A DNA stretch of 64,000 bases. Origin: an uncultured Thermotogae bacterium (GTDB lineage: Bacteria; Bipolaricaulota; Bipolaricaulia; UBA7950; UBA9294). The stretch is taken from NCBI GenBank assembly GCA_964558595.1, contig CAZLER010000001.1, positions 39,779 through 103,778 on the forward strand. The letters are read 5' to 3'. Both the position numbers and the translations under genes were made by a program. Below are positions 18,858 to 27,996 of the stretch, piece after piece. The notes under the pieces are model-generated. The model did no database searches and had not been told where the DNA came from. It was given only the letters and a program-made list of their open reading frames with translations. How positions within the stretch are numbered: the first letter of the stretch is position 1; the number at the start of each line of letters is the position of its first letter.

Positions 18858-21527
18858 GTGAGCACCGCAAGACGACGAAACCTGGTAGAAGATGGGAGAT
18901 CGCTCGCTCGGGCGGCGATCGTCGTTTCCGCCCTACTCGCGGCATCAGCGGTTCTGGCGGCCGCCCAATCGTCGGCGCCCCCTGCCCTGATCCCGATCGA
19001 CATCCGGCTCCCCTCGCCCAGCACCGGATCGGCGGACGGCACCCTGGCGGTCCGTGTCCACACCCCCATCCGTGGCGCCACCCGCTACCCGGAGGGGGCC
19101 CCGGTCCTCATCTGGGTGCCCGGCGGCGTCGAAGCCAAGGGGATCGGGCACGGCCTTCCTCCGACCGCCGATGACATCGTCTGCATCACGTTCGTCTTCC
19201 CCGGCGCTACCGACCCGGTGAGCGGACTCGCCTCCGACGGCACGTACGACTACCGCGGTGAGGCCTGCATCGCCGCGTTGCGCGACGTGATCCTGTACGC
19301 AGCGGGGGAGATCGCCGATGACCGGGGGCGGACGATCGACGAACTGCTGCCGGTCCCCGCAGTGCATGACAACATCGGGCTGATCGGGGCCTCGAACGGC
19401 GGGAACCTTCTCCCCGCGGTGGCCGCCCTCCACGGCAGAGCACTCGCCGGACGGCTGCGCTACGTGATCCAGTGGGAAACGCCCGTCTCCAGCCAGATCG
19501 CCACCCGCGACTTCGGCAGGATCTGGTTGAAGCCGACCTCCGCGCAGGGCGACTACGCCAATCCGCGTGGGCTCGGCTACGATCCTCTCGTCCTCCCCGT
19601 CGATTACCGTGACCTCGCCTACGACCCCGACCACCCGACCTACCCCCTGGTTCACGACGGCACCGGCGACGGTCGCTACACGACGGTCCATGCAGTCGGA
19701 CAGCGGGCGCCGGTCCCCGATCTGAACCTCGACGGCACCCTCGACCGGACCGAGGACTTCCCGCTGGATACCTACCCGATCGATGGGGAACGTGTGACCT
19801 ACTCCCGTCCGGTGATGGCGGCGCTGATCGAGCAGGACGTGTTCGACGACGATCGTCCCGAGGAGCTGGTGCCACTCGAGGAGGCCGAAGCGTATTGGGA
19901 TCTTCGCGAATCGGTGCGGCTGACCGGCGCGGCGATGCGCAACGTGCCCAAGCTCGCCGCGATGATCCTGTGCGGCGTCCGCGATCATGTCCAAGCGCGG
20001 CCCGACAAACCCCACATCCGCCAGGCGTTCGACAGCTGGGATGCAGAACGGGCGTGGGTCAAGATCAACCCAAGCCCGGATCGGCTGGCGGAGGTCGACC
20101 CGTCCCTGGTCGACCGGACGCTTCCGCTGCTGCCGCCGAATACGCCACCCGATGACTGGTCCGATCCCCATAGCTACGCCATGCCGGTCGATGTCCCGGC
20201 CCCGGTGTACCAGCTCGCCGCGGTGTACGAGATGGCGGACCGCGCACGGCGAACCGGATCGGTCGATGCGAAGCCGTCGTTCCAGCCCCCGATCACCGGC
20301 TCGTCGGTGACGTTCGTCGCATCGGAAGGAATCGGACGGATCGCCGTCTCCATCCGCTCTCCCGATCGGCCCCGCTATCCGGAAGGGGCGCCGGTGGTCG
20401 TCGACGTGTCGGGTTTCTTCACTGCCGCCACCGGATTCAAGGACCAGCTCGACCCGGACCGGTTGGGGGCCGTCGTCGTCTCCTACCTGTGGCCGGGGCG
20501 GGCCGATCCGCGCACCGGCATCTCCAGCGAGGGGACGTTCGACTACGGCGGGCCCGACGATCTCGAGGCGCTGCGCGACGTGATCCGCTTCGCTACCGGC
20601 GAGATCGACGACGTCGACGGACGCAGCCTCGACGAGACGGTCGATCTGCCGATCCTGTATGACGTCGCCGGCCTGTACGCATTCTCCCACTCGGGGATTG
20701 CGGCCACCAACGTGCTGGCGCTGCACGGTGATCGGCTGCAGGGGGTCCGGTTCTTCGTCGGCCGGGAGAACCCGACGATCGACCCGCTGTATCCGCTGGA
20801 GCCGGGTCACTGGGACGACCGCACCGGACGACCGGTGCACAACCCGTTCTACGACCCGAGCGGTTATACCCCGACCTCGATCGCCATCGACTACTCGACC
20901 GTCGCCTGGTCCACTGAACACGGACGACCCGTCTTCCGGTCCGATGGCACGGGACGCGGGGAGTACCTGTGCTCCTCCAAGCACCCGCGGATGTACGGCA
21001 AGGACTACTGGTCGACCGACCTGCTGCGGGCGCTGCTCGACAACGGGGCGCTCACCCGCGAGCGCTGGCCGGAAACGCTCGCCACCCCCGAAGAGGCGGC
21101 CGAGCACTGGCCGCTTCGGACCACGGTGCACAACTACGGCCAGGTTGGAGCCCACCTTCCCGATCTGAAGGTGATGCTGGTGTTCGCCGCCGACGACCAC
21201 GTCCAGACGGCCCTCGACAAGCCCCACATCCACCAGGCCTACGATGGATTCCACGGTGTCGCCTCCCTATGGTGCCGCCTCAACCCCGACCGAAGCTACG
21301 TGGAGCAGGTCCTCGGGAGGGAAGCCGCCGCCGGGATCCCCGACCACCCCGCCAACCGGGAGCCGGGAACGTGGGCGATCGCCCGCAGCTGGGGATACGC
21401 GCCCGGATCGATCGCCGGATTCAACACGAACGAAGTGGTGCCGCTGGCCGCCGTCGCCGAGATGTGCGATCGGGCCTACCACGACATCTGGGAGCCCGAC
21501 TTGGACACCCCCCTCGTCTCGCCGTAG
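18858..21527 (+). CDS. secreted protein with two tandem alpha/beta-hydrolase-like repeats (c. 400 aa each), function unknown
   Basis: ORF 18795..21527; GTG 18858 after RBS GAAGGAGG; signal peptide RRRN..LARAAIVVSALLAASAVLAAAQS; halves share RYPEGAPV..W.PG, LRDVI..A.GEIDD.DGR..DE, nucleophile-elbow-like IGLIGASNGG / AFSHSGIA, and ..DHVQ..DKPHI.QA.D. Confidence 0.7.
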   Translation: MSTARRRNLVEDGRSLARAAIVVSALLAASAVLAAAQSSAPPALIPIDIRLPSPSTGSADGTLAVRVHTPIRGATRYPEGAPVLIWVPGGVEAKGIGHGLPPTADDIVCITFVFPGATDPVSGLASDGTYDYRGEACIAALRDVILYAAGEIADDRGRTIDELLPVPAVHDNIGLIGASNGGNLLPAVAALHGRALAGRLRYVIQWETPVSSQIATRDFGRIWLKPTSAQGDYANPRGLGYDPLVLPVDYRDLAYDPDHPTYPLVHDGTGDGRYTTVHAVGQRAPVPDLNLDGTLDRTEDFPLDTYPIDGERVTYSRPVMAALIEQDVFDDDRPEELVPLEEAEAYWDLRESVRLTGAAMRNVPKLAAMILCGVRDHVQARPDKPHIRQAFDSWDAERAWVKINPSPDRLAEVDPSLVDRTLPLLPPNTPPDDWSDPHSYAMPVDVPAPVYQLAAVYEMADRARRTGSVDAKPSFQPPITGSSVTFVASEGIGRIAVSIRSPDRPRYPEGAPVVVDVSGFFTAATGFKDQLDPDRLGAVVVSYLWPGRADPRTGISSEGTFDYGGPDDLEALRDVIRFATGEIDDVDGRSLDETVDLPILYDVAGLYAFSHSGIAATNVLALHGDRLQGVRFFVGRENPTIDPLYPLEPGHWDDRTGRPVHNPFYDPSGYTPTSIAIDYSTVAWSTEHGRPVFRSDGTGRGEYLCSSKHPRMYGKDYWSTDLLRALLDNGALTRERWPETLATPEEAAEHWPLRTTVHNYGQVGAHLPDLKVMLVFAADDHVQTALDKPHIHQAYDGFHGVASLWCRLNPDRSYVEQVLGREAAAGIPDHPANREPGTWAIARSWGYAPGSIAGFNTNEVVPLAAVAEMCDRAYHDIWEPDLDTPLVSP

Positions 21528-21573
21528 GGCGGGTACACTCTCGAGAACGCCGAGACGGAAAGGGGAACGGTCG

Positions 21574-22371
21574 ATGAAGCTGTACATCAGCGCTGACATC
21601 GAGGGCGTCACCGGGGTGACGTCATGGGATGAAACGGAGATCGGCAAGCCCGGCTACGAGCGGGCCCGCGAGCGGATGACCGAGGAGGTCGTGGCCGCAT
21701 GCGACGGCGCCGGCGCGGCGGGGGTCGATGAGATCTGGGTGAAGGACGCCCACGATCGAGCGCGCAACCTGGTGGGAGAACGGCTTCCCCGGACGATCCG
21801 CTGGATCCGGGGTTGGAGCGGTCACCCGTTGGTGATGATGCAAGAGGTGGATCCGTCGTTCGACGCCGCGATGGCGATCGGCTACCACGCACGTGCCGGT
21901 GCCGGCGCCAGTCCGCTGGAGCACAGTTTCACCCCGCGCGTTGCGGAGATCCGGTTGAACGACCGACCGCGTTCGGAGTTCGCCTTCGCGGCGTACAGCG
22001 CGGCGCTGCATGGTGTGCCCATGGTGCTTGTCGCAGGCGACGAGGGGGTCTGCGCCGAGGCCTCCGAGCTCTGTCCGGCGATCGCGGCGGTGCCGGTGAA
22101 GCGGGGGGTCGGGGGCTCGACGATCTCGCTGCATCCCGAGGTCGCTTGCGACCGCATCCGGAGCGCGGCGGAGACGGCGCTCGAGGATCCGAGCGCCTGC
22201 CGGATCCAGCTGCCCGATCGGTTCGCGCTGGAGATCGTGTACCGGGAGCAGGCCGACGCCTACGCCGGATCATTCTATCCCGGTGCGACGCTGTCCGGGC
22301 CGAATTCCGTGCGGTACGAAGCCACCGATCTGTTCGAGATCCTCCGCGCCCTCAAGTTCCTCGTTCTCTAG
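21574..22371 (+). CDS. M55 family D-aminopeptidase (DppA-like)
   Basis: 265 aa starting MKLYISADIEGVTGV.. characteristic of DppA/M55. Confidence 0.75.
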   Translation: MKLYISADIEGVTGVTSWDETEIGKPGYERARERMTEEVVAACDGAGAAGVDEIWVKDAHDRARNLVGERLPRTIRWIRGWSGHPLVMMQEVDPSFDAAMAIGYHARAGAGASPLEHSFTPRVAEIRLNDRPRSEFAFAAYSAALHGVPMVLVAGDEGVCAEASELCPAIAAVPVKRGVGGSTISLHPEVACDRIRSAAETALEDPSACRIQLPDRFALEIVYREQADAYAGSFYPGATLSGPNSVRYEATDLFEILRALKFLVL

Positions 22372-22477
22372 ACGGGTGCGGCGAGGCACACGGACCAGGA
22401 CACCCGAGGGCCGGCGCGACCACGTCGGTGCGGCTCCGGGGTTTCCCCTGGTTCCTCCGATCGGCTACGATCTGCGT

Positions 22478-23425
22478 ATGTCGGCTCAGCCTCCTTTGGA
22501 GCTTCGATCGGTCGGTCTCGCCCTCGGTTCGGGCGGCGCCCGCGGGGCCGCCCACACGGGCGTGTTGAACGTGCTTCAGCGCGAGGGGATCAGCATCTCG
22601 GCGATCTCCGGGTCGAGCATCGGGGCGCTGGTCGGCGCGGCGTACGCCGTCGGCGTACCCGTCGAGCAGGTCGAACGGGAGTGGCTCACCACCGACGGGC
22701 ATCGTCTGTTCCGCAGCTTCCTTCCGACCTTTCCCCGCAGTTCGCTCGCTTCGGGTACCGAACTGCGCCGCATCCTGACCGATCTGCTCGGAGACGCTCG
22801 GATCGAGGAGCTTCCGATCCCGTTTTCCGCCGTCGCTTGCGACATCGACACCGGCGAGAGGGTCGTGTTGCGCGAGGGGGCGCTGGTCGATGCGGTGCTG
22901 GCGTCGACCGCGATTCCCGGGATCTTCCAGCCAATCCGTTGGGGCGGCCGCCTGCTCGTCGATGGCGGCCTCGTCGAGCCGATCCCGGTCGGTCCGTGCC
23001 GCGACCTCGGCACCGCGTTCGTCCTCGCCGTCGATGTCGCGCCGCGGCCGATCCCGACCACCCAGCAGACGCGCAACGTGTGGACCCGGGTCGGCGAGCA
23101 GCTTCGCGACGGGATCCATCAACAGACATGGCTGCCCAGCAGCCTCACCGAACTGCTGGAATCGGTGGTTGGCGAACGCCCGCAACGACCGTTGCCCGGC
23201 CTGTACAGCATCCTCAACCAATCGATCTCGATTCTCGTCCAGGAGGTTCTCCGCCAGAAGCTCGCCGCCCAGCCACCGGACCTCTTGCTCCGTCCGGAGC
23301 TGTCGCTGTCGATCATGAGCTTCCTGCAGGCGAGGGACGGGATCGAAGCCGGCGAGGCGGCGATCGAGGCGGTACTGCCCGAGCTGCGCCGTCGCCTCGG
23401 CCAGCGGGCCGGACCGGCGGGCTGA
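22478..23425 (+). CDS. patatin-like phospholipase
   Basis: ORF 22283..23425; ATG 22478; GSGGARGAAHTGV oxyanion box, GSSIG nucleophile (GxSxG), DGG catalytic Asp motif. Confidence 0.8.
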   Translation: MSAQPPLELRSVGLALGSGGARGAAHTGVLNVLQREGISISAISGSSIGALVGAAYAVGVPVEQVEREWLTTDGHRLFRSFLPTFPRSSLASGTELRRILTDLLGDARIEELPIPFSAVACDIDTGERVVLREGALVDAVLASTAIPGIFQPIRWGGRLLVDGGLVEPIPVGPCRDLGTAFVLAVDVAPRPIPTTQQTRNVWTRVGEQLRDGIHQQTWLPSSLTELLESVVGERPQRPLPGLYSILNQSISILVQEVLRQKLAAQPPDLLLRPELSLSIMSFLQARDGIEAGEAAIEAVLPELRRRLGQRAGPAG

Positions 23426-23476
23426 CCGGCTGGCCACCCGCGCCGATCTGCGGCATCATCGTCAACCGAGGTGAAG

Positions 23477-23953
23477 ATGAACCAACGAGCAAGCGGGATC
23501 GTTGAACGGGTCGTGCTGATCGTCGGGATGACCCTTCTGTTCGGCGGCGGGCTGGCCGCCCAGGAGGCGCCCGACATCGTCGTATTCTACCGGGAGGAAT
23601 GCAACGAATGCCGGCACATGGACGCGCTGCTCGACGAGCTGCTCGCGCTGTATCCCGAGGTATCGGTTCAGCACATCGAAGAGGGGGAGCCGGGAGCCTC
23701 GGATCTGATGTGGGCGCTGTCCTCCGAGTACGGAATCTTCCCGACGAAGTTCCCCGTGATCTTCGTCGGCGATCAGGTGGTGGTCGGATCCGGTCGCGAC
23801 AAGGAGCTTCAGCTGCGTTCGGCCGTTCGTGGGTGCGTTTTCGACGGCTGTCGATCGCCGCTGGTCCGCATGGAGCGAGAGCCGTTCCCGCTGACCACGG
23901 TCGCCATCGTGGTTGCGGCCGTGCTCACCGCAGCGTTTCTGCTGCTGCTCTGA
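23477..23953 (+). CDS. membrane-tethered thioredoxin/glutaredoxin-fold protein with CxxC (CNEC) and second Cys pair, C-terminal TM helix
   Basis: N-terminal hydrophobic segment VVLIVGMTLLFGGGLAA, ..VVFYREECNECRH.. glutaredoxin-like core, CVFDGC, C-terminal LTTVAIVVAAVLTAAFLLLL. Confidence 0.6.
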   Translation: MNQRASGIVERVVLIVGMTLLFGGGLAAQEAPDIVVFYREECNECRHMDALLDELLALYPEVSVQHIEEGEPGASDLMWALSSEYGIFPTKFPVIFVGDQVVVGSGRDKELQLRSAVRGCVFDGCRSPLVRMEREPFPLTTVAIVVAAVLTAAFLLLL

Positions 23954-24003
23954 GGGATCGTCGAACCCCTCGTGCTCCCGATGACGGAGTCAAGAGGCGC
24001 AAG

Positions 24004-24531
24004 GTGAAGATCGGACTGGTGTCGGATACCCATGTCCCCACGTCGCTTCCCCGCTTGCCGGAAGCGTTGCTGGCGCGGCTCGAGGGGGTCGATGCCATCC
24101 TGCACGCCGGCGACCTGGTACAGCTCCGCGTCATCGACGTGTTGCACGGGATCGCCCCGACGACCGCGGTCGCCGGCAACATGGATCCTCCCGAGGTCGC
24201 CCGCGTCCTCGCCGATTCCGAGATTGTGCGTATCGGGGGACGAACGATCGGACTCAAGCACGGTCATCAACCCCATGCGCTCCAGAACCGTTACAGAGGG
24301 CGCGGTGACGACGATCCGGCAATGGAGCTGTTCTACCAGGCGATGGCCGCACAGCTCCCGGACGCGGAGATCGTCGTCTTCGGGCACTTCCACACCCCCG
24401 CGGTCAAGCGCTGGCGCGATCGCCTGTTCGTCAATCCCGGCGCCGTGGCGCCCCGCCGCGGTCGCTCCACCTTCGCCCTTCTCGACCTCGCGAACCCCCT
24501 CGCCGTCGAATTCGTCACGCTTCCCGTGTAG
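24004..24531 (+). CDS. YfcE/MJ0936-family metallophosphoesterase
   Basis: ORF 23599..24531; GTG 24004; KIGLVSDTHVP..ILHAGD..GHFH motifs. Confidence 0.75.
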   Translation: MKIGLVSDTHVPTSLPRLPEALLARLEGVDAILHAGDLVQLRVIDVLHGIAPTTAVAGNMDPPEVARVLADSEIVRIGGRTIGLKHGHQPHALQNRYRGRGDDDPAMELFYQAMAAQLPDAEIVVFGHFHTPAVKRWRDRLFVNPGAVAPRRGRSTFALLDLANPLAVEFVTLPV

Positions 24532-24576
24532 CGACCCGGCGGCCACCCTGGCCGCCCGGCGGGTCATCGGCTACAC

Positions 24577-24593
24577 TATTCCATGATGGAATA
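24577..24593 (+). promoter_or_regulatory. 17-bp near-perfect palindrome TATTCCATGATGGAATA spanning the PadR start codon (candidate autoregulatory operator)
   Basis: ATTCCAT-G-ATGGAAT inverted repeat read directly from sequence; position +/-1. Confidence 0.4.
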
Positions 24594-25143
24594 CCGTCGC
24601 CGATCGCGGGGACTACCGGCGGAGTACGCCGTCCTCGGCGCCTTGATCGAGCGCCCGATGCACGGCTACGAGCTGCGGGAACGGCTCGGCGCCGGGCTCG
24701 GCGCGTTCTGGAGGATCGCCTCCAGCCAGCTGTACGGGGTGCTCCATCGCCTCGAGGAGGCGGGATGGGTGGACGGCGACGTCGCGTCGGGAGTGAGCGG
24801 GCCGTCGCGCGTGGTGTATCGCGCCACCGAGCAGGGAGAGTACGCGTTCTGGGCGTGGGCGGGAACGCCGGTCCGGTCCATACGCCGGTTTCGCGTCGAG
24901 TTCCCCGCCAAGCTGTACTTCCTGCGCCGGCTGGCACCGGATCGGATCGATCCATTGGTCGCTCGCCAGACCGCGTGGCTCCGCCAGCTGGCGGAGAAGA
25001 TGGAACAGCGGCCTCGGCTTCACCTCGATGATCCCGATCTCGCCGACCTGATCGCCTCCTACCGACTCCATCGGGTTCATGGCACCCTCCGGTGGTTGGA
25101 GAAGGAACGTGGGCGGATGACCGCGAAAAAGGAGAGAGCATGA
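24583..25143 (+). CDS. PadR family transcriptional regulator
   Basis: 186 aa; N-terminal wHTH ..LGALIERPMHGYELRERL.. typical of PadR. Confidence 0.8.
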   Translation: MMEYRRRSRGLPAEYAVLGALIERPMHGYELRERLGAGLGAFWRIASSQLYGVLHRLEEAGWVDGDVASGVSGPSRVVYRATEQGEYAFWAWAGTPVRSIRRFRVEFPAKLYFLRRLAPDRIDPLVARQTAWLRQLAEKMEQRPRLHLDDPDLADLIASYRLHRVHGTLRWLEKERGRMTAKKERA

Positions 25144-26162
25144 GGAGCAGAGTTCGTGGGGTTCTGTGCGGGTTCTTGATCGTCGCGCTGGCCGGCGCGG
25201 TCGGGGCCGAGGAGGCGATCGAGCTCGTCGACCAGACAGGGGAAGCCGTCCGGATCGACCGGCCGGTCGAGCGGCTGGTCAGCGTCTACGGGTCCGGCAC
25301 CTACATCGTCTACACGCTCGGTGCCGCCGATCGGTTGATCCTGGGGTGGTACATCGGCGTGAAGGGGATCGACAAGGCGTCGGAGGCGATGCTCCGGCTC
25401 GAGCCGCGGCTGGAGCAGCTCCTCACGTTTGGCGAGCCCAACGTCGAGGAGATCGTCAGTCACGCACCGGACCTGATCCTGGTCGACGGCTCACGGCATG
25501 CAGCGTTCGCCGACCAGATGACCGATCTGGGGATCCCGGTGATCCGCTACCTGGTCGAGAGCCCCGCCGCCCTCGTGGAGGCGGTGCTGCTGACCGGCCA
25601 GGCGCTGGGTCCGGAGGCAGCGCAGCGAGCCGCCGCCTTCGTCGCCGATTACGAGCGTCTGTTCGCTGCGGTCGCAGCGGACCTCGAAGCGCTACCGGCC
25701 GATCGGCGGGCTCGCGTGTTGTTCCTGGGGACCGATCGCCTCCGGGTCGCCAGCGGCGAGATGTACCAGACCGACCTCATCGAGGCGGCCGGCGCGGTGT
25801 CGGTGACGTCAGGGCTCTCCGGGTACTGGAACGAGGTGACCCTCGAACAGATCCTGGTGTGGAACCCTGACGTGATTCTCATCCCGCCCTACGGACCGCT
25901 GCAGCCCGTCGACCTTCTGAAGAACCCAGATTGGGCGTCGATTCGGGCCGTGCAAGACGGGCGTGTCCACCGGATGCCACGGGTCATCGCTCCGATGGAT
26001 ACGCCGGTCCCCGAATCGCTGCTCGGTGTCGTCTGGATGGCGAAGCGGTTCTACCCGGATCGGATCGGACTCGATCTGGCCCACGAGGCGGAGCGGTTCT
26101 ATGCCCACTACTATGGCTACGAGCTGACCGATGCCGAGCAGGAGCATCTGTCCGTCCGATGA
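25140..26162 (+). CDS. ABC transporter substrate-binding protein, class III (siderophore/cobalamin/heme type)
   Basis: ORF 25092..26162; ATG 25140 overlaps PadR stop (ATGA); signal peptide; FecB/BtuF-like fold. Confidence 0.8.
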   Translation: MRSRVRGVLCGFLIVALAGAVGAEEAIELVDQTGEAVRIDRPVERLVSVYGSGTYIVYTLGAADRLILGWYIGVKGIDKASEAMLRLEPRLEQLLTFGEPNVEEIVSHAPDLILVDGSRHAAFADQMTDLGIPVIRYLVESPAALVEAVLLTGQALGPEAAQRAAAFVADYERLFAAVAADLEALPADRRARVLFLGTDRLRVASGEMYQTDLIEAAGAVSVTSGLSGYWNEVTLEQILVWNPDVILIPPYGPLQPVDLLKNPDWASIRAVQDGRVHRMPRVIAPMDTPVPESLLGVVWMAKRFYPDRIGLDLAHEAERFYAHYYGYELTDAEQEHLSVR

Positions 26163-27157
26163 GCAATCCCTCCCGACGCCGGGCGTGGTTCCTCCTCCTC
26201 GCGCCGGCGGCGGTCTTCCTGGGGGCCCTGTGTCTCGGCCGATACGGTGCGGGCCCGACGGAGGTGTTCCGGGCGCTGTTCGCCTCCGAGGGTTCGGACC
26301 TCCTGCGCTCGTTGATCCTGCGAGTCCGCCTGCCGCGGGCGTTGGCCGCCGCGTGTATCGGCGCCAACCTGGCGGTCTGTGGGGTGGCGCTTCAGGGGCT
26401 GTTTCGCAACCCCCTCGTCGATTCGCGGATCCTCGGCGTCAGCTCCGGCGCCGCGTTCGGAGCCTCCCTGGCGCTGTTGCTATCCGCCGGGATCGCTGCG
26501 ACCCAGGCAACGGCGTTCGCCTTCGCCCTGATCGCCGTCGGCGCGGTCACGCTGGTCGGTTGGCGGTTCGGCTCGTCGACGCTCGTCCTCGTGATCGGCG
26601 GCGTCCTGGTGAGCGCGTTGTTCAACGCCTTGCTCGGGCTGGTCAAGGTGGTTGCCGATCCGTTGAGCCATCTCCCCACCATCACCTACTGGCTGCTCGG
26701 CGGGCTCGGCGGTACCCGATGGGCGATCCTCCCGCCGTTGCTCGCGTTCAGCGGTACCGGGATGGCGTTCTTTCTGCTGATGCGCTGGCGCCTCAATCTG
26801 CTGACGCTCTCCGACGCCGAGGCGACGACGCTCGGCGTCCATGTCCGCCCGCTTCGCGCGGCGGTGATCGTCGTGGCCGCGCTGATGATCGCGGCGTCGG
26901 TGGCGGTCGGGGGGATGATCGGATGGGTCGGCCTTGTGGTTCCCCACCTCGCCCGCGCGTGGGTCGGACCGGACCATACCGCGCTCGTCCCCGCTTCGGC
27001 CGCTCTCGGCGCGACCGTTCTCGTCGCGTTGGACACGATCGCTCGGACGGCGTTGCCCGGGGAGATCCCCCTCGGCATCCTCACCGGGATGATCGGTGTG
27101 CCGGCGTTCTTCCTGTTGTTCTTGCGGTTCCTCCGCGCCCGGGGAGAGGTGCGATGA
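26159..27157 (+). CDS. FecCD-family ABC permease
   Basis: ORF 25931..27157; ATG 26159 (ATGA overlap); c. 9-10 TM segments, FecCD signature region. Confidence 0.85.
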   Translation: MSNPSRRRAWFLLLAPAAVFLGALCLGRYGAGPTEVFRALFASEGSDLLRSLILRVRLPRALAAACIGANLAVCGVALQGLFRNPLVDSRILGVSSGAAFGASLALLLSAGIAATQATAFAFALIAVGAVTLVGWRFGSSTLVLVIGGVLVSALFNALLGLVKVVADPLSHLPTITYWLLGGLGGTRWAILPPLLAFSGTGMAFFLLMRWRLNLLTLSDAEATTLGVHVRPLRAAVIVVAALMIAASVAVGGMIGWVGLVVPHLARAWVGPDHTALVPASAALGATVLVALDTIARTALPGEIPLGILTGMIGVPAFFLLFLRFLRARGEVR

Positions 27158-27996
27158 ACCTCGTCGCCGAACGGATCCGGTTCGCGTACCGCCCCGGATA
27201 CGACGTCCTCCGCGACGTGTCGCTCGCCGTCGAGGATCGACAGATCGTGTTCGTGCTCGGAGCGAACGGGTCGGGAAAGACCACCCTCCTCGATTGCCTC
27301 GGTGGGATACGCGTCCCACAATCCGGCCGGATCACCGTCGATGGGGTGCACCTCGGCGATCTCGGCATCCGGGAACGCGCTCGGCACATCGGGGTCGTCC
27401 CCCAGCTGCACGAGCCGGTGTTCGGCTACACCGTCGAACAGGCCGTCCTCATGGGACGAGCACCGTACCTCGGGGTGTTCGATCGGCCGGGAGCAGCCGA
27501 CCGCGACGCCGTCGTCTCCGCGCTACATGCCGTCGGGATCACACATCTGCACGATCGACCGTACACGGCGATCAGCGGCGGGGAGCGGCAGCTCGTCCTC
27601 GTCGCGCGCGGGCTCGCGCAGGGAGCCGGCTGTCTGCTCATGGACGAGCCGACCGCCCATCTCGATCCTCACCATCAACACGACGTCCTGTCGGTTGTCC
27701 GTCGCCTCGCCGCAGATGGCTTCTGCTTCGTCGTCAGCTCGCATCATCCGAACAACGCCCTGCTGTACGCCGACGAGGTCGTCTTCCTGGCCGATGGGAC
27801 CACGATCGGCCGCGGTCCACCCGCCACGGCGATCAACCAGATCAGCCTGGAAGCCACCTATGCCATGGAGTTCGAGATCGTCCGCGGGACCGATGGCCGT
27901 CGCGCAATCCTCCCTCGCCTGGCGGATGCCACGCTACGGGCAGCTGGACCCGAACGGGAAACCGCGTCCATCGACCGTCGGCACCGCTCGACCTAG
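27154..27996 (+). CDS. ABC transporter ATP-binding protein (FepC/FecE type)
   Basis: ORF 26131..27996; ATG 27154 (ATGA overlap); Walker A GANGSGKTT, signature SGGERQ, Walker B LLMDEP. Confidence 0.85.
   Translation: MNLVAERIRFAYRPGYDVLRDVSLAVEDRQIVFVLGANGSGKTTLLDCLGGIRVPQSGRITVDGVHLGDLGIRERARHIGVVPQLHEPVFGYTVEQAVLMGRAPYLGVFDRPGAADRDAVVSALHAVGITHLHDRPYTAISGGERQLVLVARGLAQGAGCLLMDEPTAHLDPHHQHDVLSVVRRLAADGFCFVVSSHHPNNALLYADEVVFLADGTTIGRGPPATAINQISLEATYAMEFEIVRGTDGRRAILPRLADATLRAAGPERETASIDRRHRST

Noticed and set aside
23599-24003. N-terminal 135 codons of ORF 23599..24531
   Set aside because: Overlaps the thioredoxin-fold gene in another frame with Arg-rich composition; phosphoesterase homology starts at VKIGLVSDTH (GTG 24004).
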